In this document: one piece after another, positions 12,296-21,665 of the stretch
Numbering within the stretch: the stretch's first letter is position 1
Layout of the letters: every line of letters begins with the position of its first letter
NCBI GenBank assembly: GCA_039028615.1
Contig: JBCCHT010000037.1
Span: 1-64,000 of the forward strand
DNA: 64,000 nucleotides
Direction: 5' to 3'
DNA from: Myxococcota bacterium
GTDB lineage: Bacteria; Myxococcota_A; Polyangia; Nannocystales; Nannocystaceae
The notes under the pieces: model-generated
Database searches by the model: none
The model's input: only the letters and a program-made list of their open reading frames with translations
What the model was told of the DNA's origin: nothing
Program-made: the position numbers and the translations under genes

Positions 12296-14130
12296 TCGAT
12301 ACCGCCGTCTTGTGGGTGCGGGCCGAGGCCAACGTCCGGGCGGGGCGTCACGCCGACGCGCTCGTGCACCTGCGGCACCTGGTCGAGGTCGTCGACCGCA
12401 TCGACTTCGAGTACGAGGAGTGGCTGCGGGCGATGGTCGAGTGCCTGCGGGCGCTGGCCCTGTGGCGCGAGGGGGCGGCCTGCTCCGCGTACCTGGGGGC
12501 CACCGAAGTGCCGGGCCCCGGGTCGCTCGAAGCCCAGATCGAGCGGGTCAAGGCGGGAGACGCCAACGCTCGCCGCGGCATGCGTCTGATGGGCATCTAC
12601 CTGTCGCGGGCCAACGAACACGCCGACGCGGCGGAGTGGTTTCGGGCCTCGGGCATGGCCGTGCACCGGGCCATCGAGCTCGAGCGGGCGGGCCAAGACG
12701 CCGAGGCGGCCCAGCTGTGGCAGGAGATCATGAACGTCGACGAGCTGCGGGACCGCCCCTACGAGCTCGCGCTGGTCAAGATCAACTACGGCCTGTGCCT
12801 GCATCGGCTCGGGCACGAGCGCGCCCGCATGGCGCTGGCCGAGGCCACCACCGCCGTCGAGGAAGTCGCCGACCACTTCGAGACCGAGGGGCTACGCGAG
12901 CGCGCCTTCGACTGCTACCAGCTGCTCGCGCGCCTGGGCAGCGAGGCGGGGGCCTTCGAGAACATCGCCGAGGGCTACCTCAACAGCGTTCGAATTCTGC
13001 GCGACGACGGCCTCAAGCTCGACGCCCTGCGTCTGTACGAGGCCTTCGTGACGCTGGCCCGGCGCTCGAGCGAGTGGCACGCGGCGGCCAGCATCCTGCG
13101 CGAGGCGGCCGACTACTGCACCCGGGCCGCGCTGCCCTACGCCGACGACCTGCGCCTGCGCAGCGCCGAGGCGTGGCTGCGGGCGGGCAGCGAGGCCCAG
13201 GCGGCCGGCCACCCCCTGCAGATCGTCGAAAATGCTCTGCTGGCGGCAGCGGAGGCGTTTGCGTCGGTACGGGCCTTCGCTCAGGTCGTCGACGTCTACC
13301 AGCGCCTCGCCAACCTCGAGCTGCCGCTCAAGGCCCGCGAGCGCTACCGCCGGCTGGTCGATCGCCTGGGCAACGAGCAGGTCGACGCGCCGCGTCCCGT
13401 GCCCGTGCCCGAGTTCCTCAAGCAACTGCCCGAGTACGAAGAGGTCTGGTACGTCGACCTGGCCGAGTGGGAGCTCGACGGCGACCCGGGGCTCATCGCG
13501 GCCGGCATCATGGCCGACCGCCGCTTCCCCGACTTCGTGCGGCGCCATGCGCTGCTGCTGGTGCTCGCGCTCGAGCTCGACCGCAAGGGCGAGGAGCTCG
13601 ACCCCATCGAGGTGGTGCGGCGGCTCGAGGCCATTCGCGCCTACCCGGTCATCGCGGCGCTCGAGCGGCTCTTCGAACGCCCGGTCACCAAGGTCCGCGA
13701 GACGGTCGCCGCCGCCATGGGCAGCCTCCGCTTCAAGCGGAGCTTCACCCTGGTGGGCAAGGCCCTGCGCGACGATGCGGCCTCGGTGCGCGAGGCGGCG
13801 GCCAACGCCACGTCGCGGCTCATCTTCCCCCACGCCTTCGAGCCCCTGCGACGGATCTTCGAGGCTCGCGACTTGCCCGACCCCGAGCGGGCCCGGGCCG
13901 CGGCGTTGCGAGCGATTGGCAAGATCAACACTGTCGAGGCCCTCGAGGCCCTGTGCGACCGCCTGCGCGAGGGCAACAAGCAGCACATCGAGCTGGCCCT
14001 GCACGCGCTCGGCGACCTCACCAATCCCGAGCTGCTGCCCTACCTGCGGCATCAGATCGAGCTGGTGCCGCCGGCCTATCGCGCGGTGGTGGAAGACACG
14101 ACGCGCCGCCTCGAGCGACGCGCTCGCTGA
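12292..14130 (+). CDS. TPR/SNAP-like alpha-solenoid protein with C-terminal HEAT repeats
   Basis: Repeated helical pairs (AAEWFRASG, AAQLWQEI, AFDCYQLL, AASILREAADY); HEAT motifs VRETVAAAMGSL, VREAAANATSRL, ARAAALRAIGKI, ALHALGDL. GTGA overlap with the vWA gene. Confidence 0.82.
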   Translation: MIDTAVLWVRAEANVRAGRHADALVHLRHLVEVVDRIDFEYEEWLRAMVECLRALALWREGAACSAYLGATEVPGPGSLEAQIERVKAGDANARRGMRLMGIYLSRANEHADAAEWFRASGMAVHRAIELERAGQDAEAAQLWQEIMNVDELRDRPYELALVKINYGLCLHRLGHERARMALAEATTAVEEVADHFETEGLRERAFDCYQLLARLGSEAGAFENIAEGYLNSVRILRDDGLKLDALRLYEAFVTLARRSSEWHAAASILREAADYCTRAALPYADDLRLRSAEAWLRAGSEAQAAGHPLQIVENALLAAAEAFASVRAFAQVVDVYQRLANLELPLKARERYRRLVDRLGNEQVDAPRPVPVPEFLKQLPEYEEVWYVDLAEWELDGDPGLIAAGIMADRRFPDFVRRHALLLVLALELDRKGEELDPIEVVRRLEAIRAYPVIAALERLFERPVTKVRETVAAAMGSLRFKRSFTLVGKALRDDAASVREAAANATSRLIFPHAFEPLRRIFEARDLPDPERARAAALRAIGKINTVEALEALCDRLREGNKQHIELALHALGDLTNPELLPYLRHQIELVPPAYRAVVEDTTRRLERRAR

Positions 14131-14224
14131 GGTGGGCAGCGTCCGGGGCCGACTTGCGAGCACGAGGTGATCGGGGCACTGACCCCGGTCGCCTGCTAGG
14201 CTGCGCGACCCGAGGCGCCCGGCG

Positions 14225-15634
14225 ATGAGCGAGTCCCCACAAACCGACGAGCGGCAGTCCACGCTGTCGCTCGTGCTCGAGGCCGTCCGCGGCAGCGACC
14301 GCGACTTCGCCCGGCTCGACCTACGCCGTGCCATCCCGCTGCTGGCCATCCCCATGGTCTTCGAGATGGCGATGGAGGCCATCTTCGCCATCGTCGACGT
14401 GTTCTTCGTGTCGCGGCTGGGGCCGGCCGCCATCGCGACGGTGGGGCTGACCGAGTCGGTGATCACCATCGTCTATGCGCTCGGGGTCGGCGTCGCGATG
14501 TCGGTGACCGCCATGGTTTCCCGGCGCTGGGGCGAGGGCAAGCGCGACGAGGCGGCCATGGTCGGCGGCCAGGCGATGATGGTGGGCCTGGGCATCGGCC
14601 TGGTGCTCGGGGTGCCCGCGCCGTGGTTCGCCGCCGACATCCTCCGCATGATGGGGGCCGAGCCCGACGTGGTGGAGATGGGCAGCGGGTTCACGGCGGT
14701 CGCGTTGGCGGCCAACCCGGTCATCATGCTGCTGTTCATCCTCAACGCGATCTTTCGCGGGGGAGGGGACGCGGCCTCGGCCATGCGGGCGCTGTGGATC
14801 GCCAACGGCGTCAACCTCATCCTCGACCCGTGCCTCATCTTCGGTCTCGGGCCTTTTCCCGAGCTCGGCGTCATGGGGGCCGCGGTCGCCACCACCATCG
14901 GGCGCAGCCTGGGCGTGGTCTATCAGCTTCGCGTGCTGTGGACGGGCCCCCGCGTGCGCCTGACCGCGGCGTGCCTGCGCCCGCGACTGTCGGTCATCGT
15001 CGACATCCTGCGCGTGTCCGTGGGCGGGGTGGGGCAGTACCTCATCGGTACCGCCAGCTGGATCGCCTTGGTGCGCATCCTGGCCGAGTTCGGCTCCGAC
15101 GTGGTGGCTGGCTACACGGTCGCGATGCGCATCGTCATCTTCGCGTTGCTGCCCTCGTGGGGCTTCGCCAACGCCACCGCGACCTTGGTGGGACAGAGCC
15201 TCGGCGCGGACGATCCCCGGCGAGCCGAGCGAGCCGTGCTCTATAGCGGGCTGTACAACATGGTGTTCCTCGGGCTCATCTCGGCGATCTTCATCGCCAT
15301 TCCCGACGCCGTGACCGGGTTGCTCGCCGAGGAAGCCGAGGTCCAGCGCTGGGCCTCGCGGGCGCTGTTCATCATCAGCTTCGGCTACATGTTCTACGCG
15401 TGGGAGATGGTGCTGCTCAACGCCTTCAACGGCGCCGGCGACACCCGAACGCCCTCGCTCATCAACCTGGTGTGCTTCTGGGCGGTCGAGATCCCGCTGG
15501 GCTATTGGCTCGCCTACGAGGGCGGTTGGGGCCCCGACGGGGTGTTCGTCGCCGTGGCGTTCGCCTACTCCCTCGCCGCCGTCGTCGCCTTCGTGGCGTT
15601 CCGACGGGGCGGGTGGAAGAACGTGACGCTGTAG
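14225..15634 (+). CDS. MATE family efflux transporter
   Basis: About 12 TM segments; LAIPMVFEM, VDVFFVSRLG, AIFRGGGD, NLILDP, GVMGAAVAT, LVGQSLGA, NGAGDT. Confidence 0.92.
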   Translation: MSESPQTDERQSTLSLVLEAVRGSDRDFARLDLRRAIPLLAIPMVFEMAMEAIFAIVDVFFVSRLGPAAIATVGLTESVITIVYALGVGVAMSVTAMVSRRWGEGKRDEAAMVGGQAMMVGLGIGLVLGVPAPWFAADILRMMGAEPDVVEMGSGFTAVALAANPVIMLLFILNAIFRGGGDAASAMRALWIANGVNLILDPCLIFGLGPFPELGVMGAAVATTIGRSLGVVYQLRVLWTGPRVRLTAACLRPRLSVIVDILRVSVGGVGQYLIGTASWIALVRILAEFGSDVVAGYTVAMRIVIFALLPSWGFANATATLVGQSLGADDPRRAERAVLYSGLYNMVFLGLISAIFIAIPDAVTGLLAEEAEVQRWASRALFIISFGYMFYAWEMVLLNAFNGAGDTRTPSLINLVCFWAVEIPLGYWLAYEGGWGPDGVFVAVAFAYSLAAVVAFVAFRRGGWKNVTL

Positions 15635-15643
15635 CGAGCGGGC

Positions 15644-16711
15644 TCAGCCCATGTAGTAGCTGAAGCCCAGCATCAGCATGCTGGTGAAGGGCAGGTCGCC
15701 GCGGAAGCTGCCCACCAGCGCCTGGTAGCCCATGGACATGCCCAAGCCGTGGAAGTAGCGGTTGTTGCCCGAGCCCACCAGGCCCATGTCCAGGCGCAGT
15801 CGCGGACCATGGGGCAACAGGTTGTCGGTGAGCGCGGCGACCACCTGCGGGTCGTCGCCCTGCGGGGCCACGATGGGCGACGCATCGCTGCGGCGGTTGA
15901 CCACGCCGTAGTAGACGTCGTAGCCGACGCGGAGATCGAGGTAGCCGCGAGACAGCAGAGCCAAGCGCCCGAGGCCGAGGCTGAGGCCGCCGCCGAGCAT
16001 GCCGTTCATCTCGGCGCCCGTCTCTTCGGGGAGCACGAGCCGACCGCCCCAGCCGCTGAAGGTGGCCGCGACGCCGAAGTGATTCCACGCGGGGCCGACG
16101 TCGACGGTGGCCCCGCCCATGCGACCGCCCACGCTGTTCTGCCCGCCCATGTTGGCGAACAGAGCCCGCGCCGCGATGTTGAGGCGCACCGGGTTGTCGG
16201 CGGGTCGGTACTGAGCGGCGATGGCCGCTTCGATCGCGGCGTCGCGCTCCTCGGGCGACATGCTCGAGGGCGGCGCACCCACGGCCCGTGTCTTCACCGG
16301 GGCGGCAGGATCCGCATCGCCTTCACCGTCGAGCAAGCTCGGGTCGATGGCGGGCTCGCTGGCGGGAGGTTCGCCCGCAGCGCCTGCCTCGGCTTCGGTC
16401 GCCGGAGGTGACGAAGCCTCGGGTTCCGGCACTGCTCCTTCGGTGGGCTCGGGTACCGCGGCGTCGTTGCCCTCGGTCGGAGGAGCGGCCGCCGGATCGG
16501 TGACCGTTTCCTGGGGTGAAGGCGCGGGAACGCTTGGTTGAGCCGAGATCGTTTCGGTCGCGGCCGGGGGGGCAGCATCGGGAGTCGGTGCAGGCGATGC
16601 GTCCGCCTCTGGGCCGGCAGCAATGGCCGTTGAACTGAACGCAGGTCCCGTCACCAGAATCGCGACGGCAATGGTCCGCGGATCAGGAATGAAGCGCTGT
16701 AATGAGGCCAT
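15644..16711 (-). CDS. Exported protein with Pro/Ala/Glu-rich linker and probable C-terminal outer-membrane beta-barrel
   Basis: Signal-like N-terminus, long P/A/E/T low-complexity region, amphipathic beta strands ending MLGFSYYMG. Start uncertain (16711 or 16738). Confidence 0.65.
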   Translation of the reverse strand: MASLQRFIPDPRTIAVAILVTGPAFSSTAIAAGPEADASPAPTPDAAPPAATETISAQPSVPAPSPQETVTDPAAAPPTEGNDAAVPEPTEGAVPEPEASSPPATEAEAGAAGEPPASEPAIDPSLLDGEGDADPAAPVKTRAVGAPPSSMSPEERDAAIEAAIAAQYRPADNPVRLNIAARALFANMGGQNSVGGRMGGATVDVGPAWNHFGVAATFSGWGGRLVLPEETGAEMNGMLGGGLSLGLGRLALLSRGYLDLRVGYDVYYGVVNRRSDASPIVAPQGDDPQVVAALTDNLLPHGPRLRLDMGLVGSGNNRYFHGLGMSMGYQALVGSFRGDLPFTSMLMLGFSYYMG

Positions 16712-16932
16712 CGGCAACAGGCTAGCGCCCCATGACACGTTCGGCGAGTGTTTGGCCGCCAGGCCGGTACAGATTGCGTGAGATAGAAAGGATGTGCCGA
16801 ACGTCGTGTGTCCCTAGGCGGAGGCTTGACCTTTTCCCACGTCCGTCTACAGTTCGCGACTCAGCACCATGGTCGGGCGTGCGCAGGCATCGCTCGACAT
16901 TGCTCCCCACCCGATTCGCGACGAACACCGAA

Positions 16933-17559
16933 ATGCACGCACAACGTCTCCCTGGCCGCCGATACGTCGGACTGCTTTCGGCGGGTCTGTTGGTCACCAC
17001 CTTCGCGGTGGGTGGCTGTGGTCCCCGCATCTGGAGTGACAACGCTGGCCTTGCCATCGTTGGAACCGCCCCTGAGCCCGAGGCAGCACCCGCGCCCGAG
17101 CCCGAGCCCGAGCCCGAAAAGCGCGTCGAGGTTCGTGACAACAAGATTGTCATCAACGAGAAGGTCCAGTTCGAGTTCAACTCGGCGAAGATCCTCGCAA
17201 CCTCGCACAGCCTCCTCGACGAGGTCGCCAAGGTCATCAAAGACAACCCCCAGATCAAGAAGATCCAGGTCCAGGGGCACGCGAGCGCCGAGGGCAGCGA
17301 CTCGCACAACCTCAAGCTCTCCGATCGCCGCGCCAAGGCGGTCATGAAGTACCTGACCGGCAAGGGCGGCGTGTCCAAGGACTCGCTCTCCGCCAAGGGC
17401 TTCGGCGAGAAGCAACTCCTCGACAGCTCGAACCCCGAGTCCGAGCGCAACCGTCGCGTGGAGTTCATCATCACCGAGCAGGAAGTCGTCGAGACCAAGG
17501 TCGAGATCGACGACCAGGGCAACGAAAAGGTCATCGAGGAGAAGAAAGTCTCGGGCTGA
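16933..17559 (+). CDS. OmpA-family peptidoglycan-binding lipoprotein
   Basis: Lipobox-like VGGC; VQFEFNSAKI, IQVQGHAS, NLKLSDRRAKAVMKYL, GFGE, RNRRVEF. Confidence 0.9.
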   Translation: MHAQRLPGRRYVGLLSAGLLVTTFAVGGCGPRIWSDNAGLAIVGTAPEPEAAPAPEPEPEPEKRVEVRDNKIVINEKVQFEFNSAKILATSHSLLDEVAKVIKDNPQIKKIQVQGHASAEGSDSHNLKLSDRRAKAVMKYLTGKGGVSKDSLSAKGFGEKQLLDSSNPESERNRRVEFIITEQEVVETKVEIDDQGNEKVIEEKKVSG

Positions 17560-17598
17560 TCCTCAGCTTCGGACCTCTTCCATCAAGGGATTTCAATC

Positions 17599-17982
17599 AT
17601 GCGCAAGACCATTGCTCTTTTCGCCCTGGTTGCCTTCGGTGCCGGTTGCAGCTTCATCGCTCGCGACACCGAGACCTACAAGAAGGACAACCGCTCCCTG
17701 CTCGAGACCAAGTCCTCGGACATCAAGGCCTGCTACGACGCGGCCCTGGCCACCTCGCCCAACCTCAAGGGTGACGTCGTGGTCAGCTACACCATCGAGA
17801 AGAAGACCGGCAAGCTCGCCAACGTGACCGTGCTGGCCGACCAGACCACGGCCCCCGAGGGGCTTCAGAACTGCATCATGGCCTCGCTCGAGGGCCTCGT
17901 GATGCCGCGAGCCGACCGCCGCGACGGCCAGGTGGATTCCTTCACCTGGTCGTTCCAGGGGCAGGGCAAGCCCGCCAGCTGA
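17599..17982 (+). CDS. Small lipoprotein with AgmX/PglI C-terminal (TonB-C-like) domain
   Basis: Lipobox GAGC; IKACYDAALATSPNLKGDVVVSYTI...G...V...LQNCI pattern typical of this myxobacterial domain; AAGGGA upstream. Confidence 0.78.
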   Translation: MRKTIALFALVAFGAGCSFIARDTETYKKDNRSLLETKSSDIKACYDAALATSPNLKGDVVVSYTIEKKTGKLANVTVLADQTTAPEGLQNCIMASLEGLVMPRADRRDGQVDSFTWSFQGQGKPAS

Positions 17983-18018
17983 GGTCGCTTCGCGACTGGC
18001 CGTAGCACTACGGTCAGG

Positions 18019-18057
18019 GACCCGGGTCGCCCATGTGGCGGTCCGGGTTTCGTCTTT
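18019..18057 (+). terminator. Possible Rho-independent terminator
   Basis: GACCCGGGTCGCC-CATGT-GGCGGTCCGGGTT followed by TCGTCTTT. Confidence 0.5.
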
Positions 18058-18185
18058 GGTTGGCTCTCCGCGGCCGCGCATGCCGTCACCCGAGGACGGG
18101 TCGAACCCTTCCGGGGGGGCTTCGTCGTCCGCGACTTGCTCCGTGCCCACACCGTCGGCTAGCGTCCGCCCCGAGACACGAACCG

Positions 18186-18881
18186 ATGCACACTCTAAAC
18201 GGCAACTCCCGCTCCTCGCGTGCGCGCTCCTTCGGACGCGGCCTGACCCTCGCCCTGGCGCTCTGCACCGCCTTCGGCTGCGACTCCAAGGAGGGTGGCG
18301 ACGCGAAGAAGGGCGACGACAAGGCCGCCGATGCCAAGAAGGAAGCCGGCGCTTCGGAGAAGGGCAAGAAGGTCGAGGCCAAGGTCACCGAGCTCAAGGC
18401 CGAGCTCGAGAAGGGCGAGGACATCAAGTACGGCTGCGCCGGAAACCTGGCCCAGTACAAAGAGCTCGCCAGCTCCAGCAACGCCGACGACAAGAAGGCC
18501 TACGAGAGCCTCGTCGCGGTGTGCTTCGTCGAGGCCCCGCGCAAGATGATCGCCGGCCTCCAGGCCAAGATGGAAAAGGGCGAGCTGGGCACCTTCGACA
18601 CCGTCGACCTCCAGACCGTCATCGAGAGCGAGGACTTCCCCAAGGACGGCGAGCCCGCCAAGGTGGCCGCCGAGGCCAAGGCGTTCCTCGAGGTCCAGGT
18701 CCCGATGTACAACCTGGGCAAGGAGCTCGAGGTTGCGAAGAAGGAAAAGGCCGAGGGCAAGACCGTGTCCATGGGCTGCATCAAGGCCGGCCAGGTCGTC
18801 GAGAAGAGCGGCAAGGCCATCGAGGCCGATGAGAAGGGCAAGGCCATGATCGCGTCGTTCAAGGAGACCTGCCCCGAGTGA
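18186..18881 (+). CDS. Hypothetical Lys/Glu-rich lipoprotein
   Basis: Lipobox AFGC; strong G/C-ending codon bias; helical, with several Cys residues. Confidence 0.8.
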   Translation: MHTLNGNSRSSRARSFGRGLTLALALCTAFGCDSKEGGDAKKGDDKAADAKKEAGASEKGKKVEAKVTELKAELEKGEDIKYGCAGNLAQYKELASSSNADDKKAYESLVAVCFVEAPRKMIAGLQAKMEKGELGTFDTVDLQTVIESEDFPKDGEPAKVAAEAKAFLEVQVPMYNLGKELEVAKKEKAEGKTVSMGCIKAGQVVEKSGKAIEADEKGKAMIASFKETCPE

Positions 18882-18914
18882 GGGCAGCCTGAGCCCTCGT
18901 GGCTCGGTTGAACG

Positions 18915-18956
18915 AAAAAAGAGCCGGCCTCCCACGGGAAGCCGGCTCTTTTGTTT
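18915..18956. terminator. Bidirectional Rho-independent terminator
   Basis: AAAAAA-GAGCCGGC...GCCGGCTC-TTTTGTTT between convergent genes. Confidence 0.85.
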
Positions 18957-18976
18957 CGGTTGCGGCGGGGGCGGGT

Positions 18977-20155
18977 CTAGACCTTGGCCAGGGCGCGCTC
19001 GAGGTCGGCGAGCAGGTCGTCGACGTGCTCCACACCGACGCTCAGGCGTACGAAGCCGTCGTCGATGCCCAGCGCGGCTCGCTTGTCGGCGGGCACCGAG
19101 GCGTGGGTCATGATGGCCGGGTGCTCGACCAGGCTCTCGACCCCGCCGAGGCTCTCGGCCAGGGTGAAGACCTCGAAAGCCTCGAGCAGGCGCCGCGAGG
19201 CATCGAGGTCGCCGTCGACGTAAAACGAGATCATGCCGCCGAAGCCCTTCATCTGGCGCTTGGCCAGCTCGTGCTGCGGGTGGCTGGCGAGGCCGGGGTA
19301 CAGCACCGTGCGGACCTTGGCGTGGCCCTCGAGTTACTCGGCGATGCGCTGGGCGTTCTGACCGTGCCGCTCCATGCGTAGGTGCAGCGTCTTGAGCCCG
19401 CGCAGGGTCAGGTAGCAGTCCTGGGGCCCCGGCACCGCGCCGCACGAGTTCTGGATGAACGCGAGCTGGTCGGCGAGGCCCGAGTCGCGCACGACCACCG
19501 CTCCGCCCACCGAGTCGGAGTGACCGCCGACGTACTTGGTCGTGCTGTGCATGACCAGGTCGGCCCCCAGCTCGAGCGGGCGCTGGAGCACGGGCGACAG
19601 GAAGGTGTTGTCCACCGCCAGCAGCGCGCCGTGGTCCTTGCAGATCTTGGCGACCGCCGCGATGTCGGTGAGCTTGAGCAGCGGGTTGGTGGGCGTCTCG
19701 ATCCAGACGAGCTTGGTCTCGGGCCGAAGCGCATCGGCCACCCGCTGGGGGTCGGTGGGATCGACGTAGGTGAAGGTCTGGCCGCGCCGCGCCATCACCT
19801 GATCGAACAGCCGCACGGTGCCGCCGTAGAGGTCGTCGGCGGCCACGACGTGGTCGCCCGCGCTGAGCATCTGGATGACGGCGGTGGTGGCCGCGCAGCC
19901 CGAGCCGAAGCAGAACCCGTAGCGGCCACCCTCGGCCGCGGCCAGGCCTCGCTCGAGGGCGTAGCGGGTGGGGTTGTGCGAGCGGCTGTACTCGAAGCCG
20001 GTGTGCTCGCCGGGCGAGCGCTGCACGTAGGTCGAGGACTGGGAGATGGGAGGCATCACCGCGCCCGTGACCGGGTCGGGAGCCTGACCTCCGTGGATCA
20101 GCAGGGTCTCGAGGCGAAGCTCCGCCTCGGCCTTGTCGTTGTCGTATTCGGCCAT
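18977..20155 (-). pseudogene. Cystathionine gamma-lyase/synthase (PLP transsulfuration enzyme) interrupted by a single in-frame TAA
   Basis: YSRSHNPTR, DLYGGT, ETPTNP, VDNTF, HSTTKYVGGHSD upstream of the stop; YPGL, AESLGGVESL, VRLSVGVE downstream in the same frame. Stop at 19334-19336 (..ATC GCC GAG TAA CTC GAG GGC CAC..). Confidence 0.85.
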
Positions 20156-20165
20156 GGAATCCCCC

Positions 20166-21560
20166 CTAGGCGCCGTGCCGGTTCTGCGCGAGGTAGTCGA
20201 TGAGGTCGATCTTGGTCAGGATGCCGACCGCCTTGTCGTCCTCGACCACCAGCACCACCTTGGCGTCGTTGAAGATGTGCTTGAGCAGCTGCAGCCGCGT
20301 GTGCGGGGTGACGGTGGCGTAGTCCGAGGAGATGAGCTCCTCGAGCTTGGTCTCGGGGTCACCCTCGTTTTCGACCAGGTGGTTGAGCAGGTCGAGCTCG
20401 GAGACCACGCCGCAGTGGCGACCGGCGCTGTCGAGCACGGGGAGCTGGCTGACGCCGTGCTCCTTGAGGATGCCGACCGCCTCGCGGACGTTGGAGTTGG
20501 CGTCCACGGTGAGCAGGCGTCCGGGCTTGGACTTGAGCACGTGGGCCACGGTGCCCTCGGTGTCGTCCTCCTCGAGGAAGCCGTTGCTGCGCATCCACTC
20601 GTCGTTGAAGATCTTGCTCAGGTACTTCTGCGCGCTGTCGGGCAGGAGCACCAGGATCTTCTTGGGCTGCTTGAGCGTGCGGGCGTACTTGATGGCACCG
20701 ACCACCGCGGCGCCGCAGGAACCGCCGCAGAAGATGCCCTCGCGACGCACCAGCTCGCGCGTCATCAGGAAGCACTCCTTGTCGTCGACCTGGACCACGT
20801 CGTTGAGCATGTCGAGGTTCATGGTCGAGGGCAGGAAGTCCTCGCCGATGCCCTCCACGTAGTACGAGAAGGCCTTCGTGAGGCGCCCAGTCTTGACGTA
20901 CTCGTAGTAGAGCGAGCCGATGGGGTCGACGCCGACGATCTGCACGTCGGGGTTGCGCTCCTTGAAGTAGCGCCCGCACCCGGACAGCGTGCCGCCCGTG
21001 CCCATGCCTCCGACGAACACGTCGAAGTCACCGTCGGTCTGCTCCCAGATCTCGGGCGCGGTGCTGACGTAGTGCGCCTCGGGGTTGGCGGGGTTGTGAT
21101 ACTGGTTGGCGTAGAAGGCCCCGGGGGTCTCCTCCACGATGCGCCGCGCGGTCGAGTAGTAGCTGCGGGGGTCGGAAGGCTCGACCGCGGTCGGGCACAC
21201 GACGACGCGGGCACCGTAGGCTCGCAGCGCGTCGATCTTCTCGCTCGACATCTTGTCCGGCATCACGAAGATGCACTTGTAGCCGCGGATGGCCGCGACC
21301 ATCGCCAGGCCGGCGCCGGTATTGCCCGAGGTGGCCTCGATGATCGTACCGCCGGGGCCCAGCATGCCGCGCTCTTCGGCGTCACGGATGATGTTGAGGC
21401 CCACGCGGTCCTTCATCGAACCGGCCGGATTGACGTACTCGAGCTTGACGTAGATTTCCGACTCGATGCCTTCGGCAACCCGGTTCAGACGAACGATGGG
21501 GGTCTGGCCGATGGCCTCGGTAAGGTCGGCTACGGCACCTTTCATCAACGTATTGCTCAT
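20166..21560 (-). CDS. Cystathionine beta-synthase (PLP enzyme plus C-terminal CBS-domain pair)
   Basis: KLEYVNPAGSMKDR, EATSGNTG, NQYHNPANP, GMGTGGT, YYVEGIGEDF, KYLSKIFNDEWM, CBS motifs VSQLPV and GILTKIDLI. Confidence 0.9.
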   Translation of the reverse strand: MSNTLMKGAVADLTEAIGQTPIVRLNRVAEGIESEIYVKLEYVNPAGSMKDRVGLNIIRDAEERGMLGPGGTIIEATSGNTGAGLAMVAAIRGYKCIFVMPDKMSSEKIDALRAYGARVVVCPTAVEPSDPRSYYSTARRIVEETPGAFYANQYHNPANPEAHYVSTAPEIWEQTDGDFDVFVGGMGTGGTLSGCGRYFKERNPDVQIVGVDPIGSLYYEYVKTGRLTKAFSYYVEGIGEDFLPSTMNLDMLNDVVQVDDKECFLMTRELVRREGIFCGGSCGAAVVGAIKYARTLKQPKKILVLLPDSAQKYLSKIFNDEWMRSNGFLEEDDTEGTVAHVLKSKPGRLLTVDANSNVREAVGILKEHGVSQLPVLDSAGRHCGVVSELDLLNHLVENEGDPETKLEELISSDYATVTPHTRLQLLKHIFNDAKVVLVVEDDKAVGILTKIDLIDYLAQNRHGA

Positions 21561-21665
21561 GGGGCGACTCCGGGCGAAGGAGTACCACGCGGCTCGGTTT
21601 GGGCCGATGGCAGACTGGCCCCGGCACCAGGCCCAGCCGACGGGGAAACTCACCTGCGCGGAGGC

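Noticed and set aside
19334..19336. Selenocysteine or pyrrolysine recoding
   Set aside because: The codon is TAA, not TGA or TAG, and the position is not a catalytic Cys or Lys.
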